Source of the DNA: an uncultured Bacilli bacterium
GTDB taxonomy: Bacteria > Bacillota_I > Bacilli_A > ML615J-28 > CAG-313
Assembly (NCBI GenBank): GCA_949879765.1
Contig: CATLBQ010000001.1
Coordinates: 95,742-159,741, forward strand
Length of the DNA: 64,000 nucleotides
Reading direction: 5' to 3'
How positions within the stretch are numbered: position 1 is the stretch's first letter; each line of letters opens with the position of its first letter. Both the position numbers and the translations under genes were made by a program. The notes under the pieces are model-generated. The model was not told the DNA's origin, ran no database searches, and was given only the letters and a program-made list of their open reading frames with translations. This document shows positions 10,079-19,338 of the stretch, one piece after another.

Positions 10079-10759
10079 ATGTTATCAAAACGATTAATGG
10101 CCGTTTTAGATTATATCGGCCCAAATGAAAAAATTGTCGATGTAGGTTGCGATCATGGTTATTTGGCTAAGGCTGCTGTTGCAAAGGGTGTTCAGTACGT
10201 TCAATTGGTAGACAATAAAACGATGCCCCTTGCTAGAGCAAAAGCGAATCTTTCCGCTATAGAACAAGATGCAAATATCATCTATACGCTTGCAAGCGGA
10301 TTAACTTTAGTGACAGATGAAATAACGGTTGCTTGCATTTGTGGAATGGGGGGAGATTTGATTGCATCTATTTTAGAGGAATCTAAAAAACAAGCTCAAA
10401 GAATGCATTATTTGCTCCTTCAACCCAATACCAAGGTTGAGCATCTAAGAGCCTATTTATCGCAACAGGCATTTCTTATTTTAGATGAACAATGGGTAGT
10501 AGAAAAAGAAAAATATTACCCTATTTTAAAGGTACAATATGTTCCAGATACACTACCATTATCGTCGCTAGAAATTGCGTATGGTCCTTGTTTGTTACGC
10601 CATCCAAGCGATACGTTTATCGCCTATTTGAAAAGAAGAAGGACGGAACTCGATACAATTGTACAAACATTAGATGTATCTAGTCAAGATTATGCAAAGA
10701 TTGATTTGCAAATACAAGAAATTGAGGAAGTACTACATGGAATTAAAGAAAATCATTGA
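10079..10759 (+). CDS. trmK: tRNA (adenine22-N1)-methyltransferase TrmK
   Basis: 226 aa. It has the SAM-binding sequence VDVGCDHGYLAKAAV near the N-terminus and sits downstream of rpoD, as yqfN does in Bacillus. Confidence 0.8.
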   Translation: MLSKRLMAVLDYIGPNEKIVDVGCDHGYLAKAAVAKGVQYVQLVDNKTMPLARAKANLSAIEQDANIIYTLASGLTLVTDEITVACICGMGGDLIASILEESKKQAQRMHYLLLQPNTKVEHLRAYLSQQAFLILDEQWVVEKEKYYPILKVQYVPDTLPLSSLEIAYGPCLLRHPSDTFIAYLKRRRTELDTIVQTLDVSSQDYAKIDLQIQEIEEVLHGIKENH

Positions 10760-11519
10760 AACATTAGAAAAAATGTATCCAAGTTGCCTCGCAAGCCACT
10801 TTGATATAGGAAAAATTGGCTTGCAATTTGGAGACAAAAATGCGGATATTCGTAAAATAATGATCGCACTAGATGGTACAAGTGCAGTTGTGCAAGAAGC
10901 AGTTGATCGACAAGTAGATTTGTTGCTTACGCATCATCCTTTTTTATTTACACCTATGCTATCACTTGACTATCAGTCTGTTTGGGGGCAAAAACTGCAG
11001 AATGTCTTTTCCCATCAATTGAATATCTACGCTATGCATACCAATTTTGATGTAGCTATGCATGGAATGAATGATTTACTAGCCAAAATAATCGGGTTAA
11101 GCAAGATTACTCCCACAAAACCAGAAATAGATGCATCTTGTTTTATGAGAATGGGATATATTGAGCCGGTGCGTTTGGATGTATTTGCGCATCTAGTAAA
11201 AGAGCAATTAGGAGAAGAGGCTGTTCGTGTTGTTGGCTCTCCTAATAAGATGATTCGCAAAGTTGGCATTGTGGGTGGTGCAGGTTGTAGTGAGTTGCAA
11301 CAAGCCATTCAAGAAGGCTGTGACTGTTTTATTACAGGTGAAATCAAACACAATTATGCCATAGATGCGATGGAAAATGATTTTGCCTTAATTGAGGTGA
11401 GTCATAGTGTAGAAACATGGTGTAAGCACTATTTGAAGGGTGAGTTAGAACGCCTATTTGAAGGTGTCGAAATTGTGGTATCAGAGGTGGAAAAGGCCCC
11501 TTTTTGGTGGGTAAAGTGA
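10737..11519 (+). CDS. Nif3 family dinuclear metal center protein (YqfO/GTP cyclohydrolase 1 type 2 homolog)
   Basis: ORF from MELKKIIETLEKMYP, start chosen at 10737, overlapping the trmK stop by 23 nt. It has the conserved His/Glu metal ligands (THHPF, EVSHS). Confidence 0.75.
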   Translation: MELKKIIETLEKMYPSCLASHFDIGKIGLQFGDKNADIRKIMIALDGTSAVVQEAVDRQVDLLLTHHPFLFTPMLSLDYQSVWGQKLQNVFSHQLNIYAMHTNFDVAMHGMNDLLAKIIGLSKITPTKPEIDASCFMRMGYIEPVRLDVFAHLVKEQLGEEAVRVVGSPNKMIRKVGIVGGAGCSELQQAIQEGCDCFITGEIKHNYAIDAMENDFALIEVSHSVETWCKHYLKGELERLFEGVEIVVSEVEKAPFWWVK

Positions 11520-11541
11520 AAACTAAAAAATGTTTTTTTAG

Positions 11542-11576
11542 CCGTTGAGAGCGTTTTCAGCGGCTTTTTTTTCGGA
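11542..11576 (+). terminator. Rho-independent terminator ending the rpoD-trmK-nif3 transcription unit
   Basis: GCCGTTGA...TCAGCGGC stem (7 of 8 bp) followed by a T8 run. Confidence 0.55.
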
Positions 11577-11590
11577 ATATGGCTTTCATT

Positions 11591-11619
11591 TCTTGAAAAG
11601 AAAGCAGAAATTTGATACA
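11591..11619 (+). promoter_or_regulatory. Candidate promoter (TTGAAA, 17 nt spacer, TACAAT) for a small upstream ORF
   Basis: TTGAAA at 11591-11596 and TACAAT at 11614-11619, which is 54 nt upstream of a GGAGG-preceded ATG. Confidence 0.35.
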
Positions 11620-11672
11620 ATAAAAGAAAAAGTATTTGATTTAATTATTATCAAACATAACGGAGGAAAAAA

Positions 11673-11747
11673 ATGGAAAAAAATCAATCAAAAATGAATG
11701 ACAATTTTTACACTGATTGCATGATGATTCACACCAACAGCGTGTGA
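11673..11747 (+). CDS. Candidate 24-aa small ORF (MEKNQSKMNDNFYTDCMMIHTNSV) with a strong SD
   Basis: GGAGG at 11662-11666, a 6-nt spacer, then ATG. The ORF ends in TGA and is followed by the 5-bp hairpin AGACAgcggTGTCT and a T-rich stretch. I have no homology evidence. Confidence 0.25.
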   Translation: MEKNQSKMNDNFYTDCMMIHTNSV

Positions 11748-11830
11748 AAAAATGTAGGAAGACAGCGGTGTCTGTTTATTTCAAAGAAGTGCAAATTGCT
11801 GCGCTAAAGCGATTTAAATATGCAAATTAT

Positions 11831-11859
11831 ATTTAATTTTTCGACAATTATGGTATAAT
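11831..11859 (+). promoter_or_regulatory. Promoter of the giant surface-protein/Opp locus (extended -10 TGgTATAAT) overlapped by a CodY-like box
   Basis: TGGTATAAT at 11851-11859. AATTTTTCGACAATT at 11835-11849 matches about 10 of 15 positions of the CodY consensus AATTTTCWGAAAATT. Confidence 0.45.
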
Positions 11860-11898
11860 TAACAAGATTACAAAAAAATCATGAGAGGAGATGCAAAA

Positions 11899-14800
11899 AT
11901 GAAAATTTTTAGAAAGACGTTAATCATATGCGGATTGTTTTGTGCACTATTTATTATAGGGTGTGCAAAACCTGCAGATTCTTTAGAAAATTCTAAAAAT
12001 CCAAATCATAATGGTACATCTGATTCATTCAAATTAGATGTTAGTCAAGTTACTGCTGACTTAAAAGCAGATTTTATTGATTCGCTCAATAAAGATTTGG
12101 TAAAGGAAATCGCAGACTTAAAAAAAGATGAAGAAGTAGGGGTGATCATTACATTATCAGATCAATCACTTGTTTCAGATTATCTTTTATCAAGTGCTGA
12201 AAATTTTGAAGCATATTCAAAAACAAAAGCATATAAAGTATTGCAAAGAACTTTATTCAGTAAACAAAAACAATTGATTGAATTACTAGAACAAAAACGA
12301 CTAGTTAAAGAAGTAAAATATCAATACGAAACAATATTAGATGGTATCTATGTTCGAACAAAGGCAAGTAATGTTCAAGCCATTACCCAATTGCCTGGGG
12401 TAGAAAGAGTGATGGTGTCTAATACGTATGATAAACCTGATGCGGTAACCAATCCAGTTCAAGTTTATGATACGGGTATTTTTGATAGTAGCGATGTAAA
12501 ATATACTGGAAAAGGTACAATTGTTGCGGTTTTAGATACAGGATGTGACTATACACATACGGCTTTTACAACACATGAAGTTATCGATCCATTGTATTCA
12601 AGAGATGACATTGAAGGGATGCTAGATGGGCTTTTTGCTAATCGCTATACCGCAGATTTAGAAACTCGTGATGTATATTATTCTAGCAAGATTCCTTATG
12701 GATACGATTATGCCGATAAGGATCCAGATATTATGCCATACGAAAGTGAACATGGTACACACGTTGCTGGTATTATTGGTGGATATGATGATACCATTTG
12801 TGGTGTTGCAATTGATACTCAATTGGCAATCATGAAAGTATTCTCAGACTACAAGCAAGGTGCTGAAGATGGAGATATCTTAGCGGCTTTAGAGGACTCT
12901 GTAAAATTAGGTGTAGATGCTATCAACATGAGTTTAGGTACTTCTTGTGGATTTACACGTGAAGAAGATGAGGCATATAAGAGTGAGATTTATGACAATA
13001 TTGAAAAAGCTGGAATTAGTTTAGTTGTTGCTGCATCAAATGACCATAGCAGTGCGTATGGTTCTGAGCAAGGAAATACCAATAAGGCTTCTAATCCAGA
13101 CTCTGCTACAGTAGGTTCACCATCTACTTATCATGCGGCATTATCTGTTGCTTCTATTAACGGAAATATGGATAAGTATATGCTTGCTAATGGTAATCAA
13201 ACTGTCTTTTTCTTAGAATCATTTAATCAATCTGCTAAAGAATATAATTTTTATGAAATGTTAGGTATTCCAAACAATCAATCTGTTGTTTATGATTACG
13301 TAACTGTTCCTGGATTTGGACTTAGTGCAAATTATACAGGTTTAGATATTCAGGGAAAAATTGCCCTTGTAAAGCGTGGAGATATTTCTTTTGAAGAAAA
13401 AGTTCAATATGCGTATGAAGCAGGTGCGATTGCATGTATCGTATATAACAATGTATTTGGTGATATTGTTATGACAGTAGGTAATAACTTACAAATCCCA
13501 ACTGTATCAATTTCTAAAGATGATGGAGTAAAATTGGCTTCAGTACCAAGCGGAAAAATTGAATTCAATATGAATAATATTGCTGGACCATTTATGTCTG
13601 ACTTCTCTAGTTGGGGACCTACACCAAATCTTGAATTAAAACCTGAAATCACGGCGCATGGTGGAAATATTTTATCGGCGATTCCTGGTGGAGGATATGA
13701 TAAATTAAGTGGAACCTCTATGGCTTGTCCAAATATGTGTGGTGTTGCGGTATTGGTTCGTCAATATGTAAAAGAAAAATTCCCTGGCCTTTCGACTACA
13801 GAGATTAGAGATATGGTTAACCAATTGGTGACTTCAACGGCAACAATTGCGTTAGACCGCTTAGGCAATCCATATTCACCTAGAAAACAAGGAGCTGGAC
13901 TTGCTAGTTTGTTCAATGCCGTAAATACCAAAGCATATTTGACGGTTGATGGCAAAAATGTGGCGAAAGCAGAACTTGGTGATGATCCAAAACGTACTGG
14001 TGTATATGAGTTTGAATTCAATTTAATCAATATGTCCGATCAAGCATTACGCTATGACTTATCTTCTGTTGTAATGACCGAAACCCTTTCATCTTCTGAC
14101 GAAGAATATGTAGCAGAACTAGGTTATATTTTAGATGGAAAGACAAGTTATGCTGTAAGCAATGGGACTTTAAATGGAACTGTTTGCGAAGTGGCTGCTG
14201 GTGCGACTTCTGTTGTAAAAGTAAAAATTACCCTCTCTGATGCTGATAAAAATTATTTGAACCGTTATTTCAAAAACGGTATGTATGTAGAAGGATTTAT
14301 AAAATTAAAATCATTATCAAATGATGTTGATTTAAATATTCCTTATCTTGCTTTTTATGGAGACTGGTCTGAAGCACCAATATTCGATTTAGACTATTAT
14401 ACTGTTGAAACAGAGTCTCATAATAATGCAATTGATGATGAAGATAAAATTAAAGCTGACTATTATGCAACTAAGCCACTTGGTAAATATTATTATGACT
14501 ATATTATCCCTCTAGGTAGTTATGTATACACGATGGATGAATCCTTATATAATCCAATTCCTGCAACGATGGAACATGCAGCAGTATCCTATTTTACAGA
14601 CTGCATTAGTGGAATATATGGTGTATTTACGGGTCTTTTAAGAGGTGCAAAAGAATTAAGTATTGAAATTAAAAATGAACTAACAGGAGAAGTAATTTGG
14701 GAAAATACCGAATACAATTGTTATAAATCGCACTACAGTGGTGCACCTAGACCATATTATTGCGATATTGATCTTGAAGCAGGAGATCTTGCGCTAGACA

Positions 14801-17800
14801 ATAATGCGAAATATGTGGTAACGATGAAAGCTAAACTCGACTGGAATAGTACAGAAAACAATCTAAATGATAGTTATAGTTTTTCTTTCTACGTTGATTA
14901 TGAAACACCTCGTGTGTTAGGTGCCAATTACCGAAAGGTATATGATAAGTCTGAAGAACGGTATCATTATTTTGTTGATTTAGAAGTTTATGATAACCAC
15001 TATGTCCAATCTATTCGCCCTGTTGTACTATATACCAATGAGGCGACTGGCAAATTGACGTATACGTCTTTAACTGATAATCCAATTCCGGTATATCAAA
15101 AGAATCGTGGTGAAAAAACCATTGTTGAAGTTGAAATTACAGATTACATGGATATCATCAAAGAAACCAATTTATCGGAAGGTCTTGCTTTCCATATCGA
15201 TGACTATGCGATGAATTCGAATATCTACTATATTTCTTTACCAGAATTAGATAGCAAAAATTTGGCTTTTACTGAAGATACATTAGAAGTGAGTGTAAAT
15301 GATACATTTGATTTAAGACAATTGATGAAGGTAAATGGTCAAGAAGGCATCAATACAGATTACTTAGGTAACTTAAGTTGGACTTCTACAAATCCTTCAG
15401 TAGTAAAAGTGTCTGGTGGTCAAATTGAGGCGCTTCAAGAAGGAAAAGCAACCATTCTTTGTGAAAGTTTAGTCACACATAAACGAATTTCAATTGTAAT
15501 CAATGTTGCAGCGAAGAATGACAATGATAATCCGTTATCTGGAGCCAATGTAGGTCTAGAAGATTTAAAATTTGTTTCTTACAATACATTATTTGCTTTT
15601 GAAAGTGATAACGACCACAGTGAGATTGGTTTAACTGGGTCTATTAATTTCTTTGATACGAAACCAAGCATTTCTTGCTATCCTAGTGAGAGTGTGAAAT
15701 TAAATTATGTGTTAAAACCATGGAATTTAAATGAAGATCGTTATACATTATCTTATAGTTCATCCAATGAAAAAGTAGTTCAAGTCGATAAAAACGGTGT
15801 GGTGACTGCTGTAGGTGAAGGTAAAGCTAGAATTAGCCTTCGTATCACCATTGATGGAAAAACCTCTACATTAGTAGCTCGTTGTGAAGTTACGGTAAAG
15901 AGTCCATTCATTGTAGAAAATCGTACACTTACAGAATATAAAGGTCTTGGTGGGGATGTTGTCATTCCTGATGACCTTGGAATTATGTATATTGGTTCTT
16001 TTGCATTCTGTCATTATAAGGTAGACAATAAAATAGAACCAGAAGATCCAGATGATTTTGATTCAAAAAAGATTCCTTTTGGAAATGATACGATTACATC
16101 AGTTGTCATTCCTGAAGGTGTTGAAGAAATTCAAAAATATGCATTCTATCAATGTACAGCATTAAGAAGAGTGAATCTTCCTACAAGTTGTACCAAAATA
16201 TATGAATATGCATTTTATAATGATACAGCATTACAACAAATCAATCTTGAAAATGTAGTTGTTATTGCAGCAAGAACATTTTATAATTGTGAAAGTTTAT
16301 TAGAAACAGATACAGCAAAAGCCAATACAATTGGTGAAGAAGCTTTTGCAAAATGTAAAAATATTCGTTCTGCTGATTTAAGAGAACTAAAAAGAAGTGG
16401 TAAAAATGCCTTTTTAGATTGTATCCGTTTATCTACAGTATTACTTGGAAAATGGACAAAATTGAGTGAAGGTATCTTTACGAATACAAGATTAACTGAG
16501 GTTACTGTATATAGCACATATGTACCTGATCAAGCATTTAAAGGCTGTGAAAGATTAACCAAAATTTCTTTTGAAAACGAATTGACTTATTTAGGAGATG
16601 CTGTTTTTGAAGGATGTCTTCGTCTTGAAAATATTGAATTCAAAAAAGGCGTTGAATATATGGGAACCGATTTGGTTAATGGTTGTAATGCGTTAAAGAC
16701 ATTAACTCTTCCATCATCAGAAGTAGAAATTGCTGATTATGCCTTCCAAAATAGTGGTATCGAAACGGTTGTTTTTGCTAAAGATACTTACATTGTATCT
16801 GCTGGTGGTAGTTTATTCAAATCTTGTGATCGTTTACAACAAATTGATGCTAGTGCATCTCAATATTATGCATATAAAGATGGCGCATTATATACTCAAG
16901 ATTTAAAGACCTTGATGTTGATTCATCCAAATACATTACTTTCTATTTACAATGTACCTGATTCTGTTGAATATATTGCACCATCTGCAGTATCTTGTAA
17001 TGAAAGTTTAACTGCTATTTATTTTAGTAACTCTTCTCAAATAAAAGAAATCGGAGCCAATGCTTTTGCGGAATGTCCAAATTTACAAATGGTAACTTTA
17101 CCAAACCATGATGTAACGATTGGGAATCACGCATTCTTCTATTGTCCAAAATTAGAAACTGTTAATGTCAATTTTGTAACTGCTATAGGAGATTATGCAT
17201 TCTCTTATACCAATGTAAGAAATATTACGATTGCTGAGGGAGCAACGCTTGGTGAAGGTGCCTTCTATCAAACAAGCAATTTATATGAACTTGTTCTTGG
17301 GGCTAATGTTCAAATTGGATTTGGTTCTTTCTCAAAGAGTGGGATTGTGAACGTTCAAATGCCAGAAGCTGGTGGTGTAGTCATTGGCGATCAAGCATTT
17401 GCTCTAAACCAATCATTGATGAGCATTGATTTAACCAAAGCTACTGGTAAAATTGGTGATGCTGCATTCTATAATTGTTCTAAATTAACTAGTATTGCTT
17501 TTGATCAAATTGAAGAAATTGGGGATCGAGCATTTGCAGATTGTACACGCCTTGAATCAGTAGAACTAGGTACAACATTGACAAAAATTGGTGAAAGTGC
17601 CTTTGCGCAATATGCAACAGGTTCAACATCTGGGGCTGCGTTTACATCGTTAGTCCTTCCAGATAGTTTAGTATACATTGGAGCAGATGCGTTCCATGGC
17701 TGTCGTTTGTTAGAAAGTATTGATTTAAATCAAGTTACAACAATTGGTGAACAAGCTTTTGCACATTGTGTGCAATTGGCTAGTGTTACACTAGGCGAGG

Positions 17801-19338
17801 GACTAAAGCATTTATCTGATAGTATTTTCTATGGTTGTAGTCAACTTGTAAGTATTAATTTAGAAAATGTAGAGACCATTGCTCGTGCGGTTTTCTATTC
17901 CACAAGCCTTGAACAAATCAATTTGGCTAAGGTTACACGCGTCGATGATTCTGCTTTCCTAAATTGTGGAAACTTAATGGAAGTTTATGCCCCATGTCTT
18001 CAATATATTGGTCAAATGGCCTTCCAATCCACAGGTCTTACGCAAATTGATTTACCAGCATTAGAAGAAGTCAAAGCACAAGCCTTTTACCAAACAAAAA
18101 TTGCAGAGTTTGGTATATCTGAAAATTTAACTTCTGTTGAGTATACTGCCTTTATGGGTATGGATGATTTAACTCATTTTTATGCATATGGTGATCCATA
18201 TAAACAAGATACGATTGCATTTAGTAATGTGATTTTAGATCAAGGGGTATTGTATACAATTTTACCTGATGGTAGTTATCAACTTGTTCAATATCCAGTT
18301 GCTAAAACTGATGAAACATACACGGTGTTAGATGGTACTACTCGATTAGATTATTTCAGCGCTGCTTATAATGAATATATTCAAAGGGTTGTATTCCCAA
18401 CTAGTTTAAAAGCAATTGCCAATGGGGCGTTCTATGGTTGTAGTCAACTTAACGAAGTAGAATTCAATTCTTATTATGCACCACAATTAGAAGGAACAAT
18501 GACTTTGGCATCTCAAGTCAAACCTACTCCAGAAACATATGAAGCATTTGATATTTTATATGGTCATGATTATTATTATTTTGCGGGAGCAGGATTGCAA
18601 TACTACTATGCTATGGTTTATCAAAACTTCATTGATACTGTTGGTAAAAAGTATCAGCCAATGACATACATTTATCCTGAAAATAGTAGTGGATATGATT
18701 CCATTTTGTACACAGTTTATTTTAAAGATAAAGTAGATGAAGAAGGAAATCGTATTACAACTGGCTTCACAATGGATAATTTTGCTATCAATTTTAATGA
18801 AGCGATAAAATTGTTACCAGACACTGTTACTTTTAAAGATGAGACGGTGATTCGAAATGCTAGAACAGCATATAATGCTTTATTGATGCACGAAGAACAA
18901 CTTTCCTTTATTTCACAAGAAGATGTAGCAAAATTAATTGAAAAAGAAACAGCTCTAAATGTTTTATTGATGAACCGTACACTTGAACGAATTTATGTTG
19001 TAGAAAACTCAAAATATTCATACGACCAAATCAAAGCAGCGTATCTTCAATTCTCTAAATTAACAAAAGAAGAAGTTGATTTACTAGAAAATGCTTCTCA
19101 ATTAGATGAAGCTATTGCTAAACTTGAAGCTGCGATGAAGCAAAAAGTTGACTTTAACAAAGAATACAACGAGTATGAACCAGTAAAAGAACTACCAGAA
19201 CCTACCCCAACTCCTGAACCTGAGCCTAAAAATAATACCGCAATTATAGTGGTATCCATTCTTGGTGGTATTTTAGTGATTGCAGGTGGCGTGGTTTTAG
19301 TACTGTATTTGCTCAAAAAGAAAGGAAATAAGAAATGA
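11899..19338 (+). CDS. Giant cell-surface subtilisin-like serine protease (S8) with PA domain insert, Big_2 Ig-like domains, long BspA-type leucine-rich repeat array, Pro/Thr/Glu linker and C-terminal TM anchor; N-terminal lipoprotein signal
   Basis: Start at the ATG at 11899 with an AGAGGAG RBS. The lipobox is FIIGC. The catalytic triad motifs are VLDTGCDYTHTAF (Asp), HGTHVAGIIGG (His) and GTSMACPNM (Ser). The PA-like insert reads GKIALVKRGDISFEEKVQYAYEAGAIACIVYN. A Big_2 domain is seen at NPSVVKVSGGQIEALQEGKATI. Dozens of LRR_5-like repeats have the pattern IGxxAFxxCxxLxxI. The C-terminus reads EPTPTPEPEP, then a TM helix (IIVVSILGGILVIAGGVVLVLYLL), then KKKGNKK. Confidence 0.85.
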   Translation: MKIFRKTLIICGLFCALFIIGCAKPADSLENSKNPNHNGTSDSFKLDVSQVTADLKADFIDSLNKDLVKEIADLKKDEEVGVIITLSDQSLVSDYLLSSAENFEAYSKTKAYKVLQRTLFSKQKQLIELLEQKRLVKEVKYQYETILDGIYVRTKASNVQAITQLPGVERVMVSNTYDKPDAVTNPVQVYDTGIFDSSDVKYTGKGTIVAVLDTGCDYTHTAFTTHEVIDPLYSRDDIEGMLDGLFANRYTADLETRDVYYSSKIPYGYDYADKDPDIMPYESEHGTHVAGIIGGYDDTICGVAIDTQLAIMKVFSDYKQGAEDGDILAALEDSVKLGVDAINMSLGTSCGFTREEDEAYKSEIYDNIEKAGISLVVAASNDHSSAYGSEQGNTNKASNPDSATVGSPSTYHAALSVASINGNMDKYMLANGNQTVFFLESFNQSAKEYNFYEMLGIPNNQSVVYDYVTVPGFGLSANYTGLDIQGKIALVKRGDISFEEKVQYAYEAGAIACIVYNNVFGDIVMTVGNNLQIPTVSISKDDGVKLASVPSGKIEFNMNNIAGPFMSDFSSWGPTPNLELKPEITAHGGNILSAIPGGGYDKLSGTSMACPNMCGVAVLVRQYVKEKFPGLSTTEIRDMVNQLVTSTATIALDRLGNPYSPRKQGAGLASLFNAVNTKAYLTVDGKNVAKAELGDDPKRTGVYEFEFNLINMSDQALRYDLSSVVMTETLSSSDEEYVAELGYILDGKTSYAVSNGTLNGTVCEVAAGATSVVKVKITLSDADKNYLNRYFKNGMYVEGFIKLKSLSNDVDLNIPYLAFYGDWSEAPIFDLDYYTVETESHNNAIDDEDKIKADYYATKPLGKYYYDYIIPLGSYVYTMDESLYNPIPATMEHAAVSYFTDCISGIYGVFTGLLRGAKELSIEIKNELTGEVIWENTEYNCYKSHYSGAPRPYYCDIDLEAGDLALDNNAKYVVTMKAKLDWNSTENNLNDSYSFSFYVDYETPRVLGANYRKVYDKSEERYHYFVDLEVYDNHYVQSIRPVVLYTNEATGKLTYTSLTDNPIPVYQKNRGEKTIVEVEITDYMDIIKETNLSEGLAFHIDDYAMNSNIYYISLPELDSKNLAFTEDTLEVSVNDTFDLRQLMKVNGQEGINTDYLGNLSWTSTNPSVVKVSGGQIEALQEGKATILCESLVTHKRISIVINVAAKNDNDNPLSGANVGLEDLKFVSYNTLFAFESDNDHSEIGLTGSINFFDTKPSISCYPSESVKLNYVLKPWNLNEDRYTLSYSSSNEKVVQVDKNGVVTAVGEGKARISLRITIDGKTSTLVARCEVTVKSPFIVENRTLTEYKGLGGDVVIPDDLGIMYIGSFAFCHYKVDNKIEPEDPDDFDSKKIPFGNDTITSVVIPEGVEEIQKYAFYQCTALRRVNLPTSCTKIYEYAFYNDTALQQINLENVVVIAARTFYNCESLLETDTAKANTIGEEAFAKCKNIRSADLRELKRSGKNAFLDCIRLSTVLLGKWTKLSEGIFTNTRLTEVTVYSTYVPDQAFKGCERLTKISFENELTYLGDAVFEGCLRLENIEFKKGVEYMGTDLVNGCNALKTLTLPSSEVEIADYAFQNSGIETVVFAKDTYIVSAGGSLFKSCDRLQQIDASASQYYAYKDGALYTQDLKTLMLIHPNTLLSIYNVPDSVEYIAPSAVSCNESLTAIYFSNSSQIKEIGANAFAECPNLQMVTLPNHDVTIGNHAFFYCPKLETVNVNFVTAIGDYAFSYTNVRNITIAEGATLGEGAFYQTSNLYELVLGANVQIGFGSFSKSGIVNVQMPEAGGVVIGDQAFALNQSLMSIDLTKATGKIGDAAFYNCSKLTSIAFDQIEEIGDRAFADCTRLESVELGTTLTKIGESAFAQYATGSTSGAAFTSLVLPDSLVYIGADAFHGCRLLESIDLNQVTTIGEQAFAHCVQLASVTLGEGLKHLSDSIFYGCSQLVSINLENVETIARAVFYSTSLEQINLAKVTRVDDSAFLNCGNLMEVYAPCLQYIGQMAFQSTGLTQIDLPALEEVKAQAFYQTKIAEFGISENLTSVEYTAFMGMDDLTHFYAYGDPYKQDTIAFSNVILDQGVLYTILPDGSYQLVQYPVAKTDETYTVLDGTTRLDYFSAAYNEYIQRVVFPTSLKAIANGAFYGCSQLNEVEFNSYYAPQLEGTMTLASQVKPTPETYEAFDILYGHDYYYFAGAGLQYYYAMVYQNFIDTVGKKYQPMTYIYPENSSGYDSILYTVYFKDKVDEEGNRITTGFTMDNFAINFNEAIKLLPDTVTFKDETVIRNARTAYNALLMHEEQLSFISQEDVAKLIEKETALNVLLMNRTLERIYVVENSKYSYDQIKAAYLQFSKLTKEEVDLLENASQLDEAIAKLEAAMKQKVDFNKEYNEYEPVKELPEPTPTPEPEPKNNTAIIVVSILGGILVIAGGVVLVLYLLKKKGNKK

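Noticed and set aside
13404-16517. Several 60-90-aa minus-strand and alternate-frame ORFs inside the giant surface-protein gene (for example 13404..13652, 13761..14030, 15780..15965, 16281..16517)
   Set aside because: They are fully embedded antisense to a strongly supported CDS, with no RBS. They are typical shadow ORFs.
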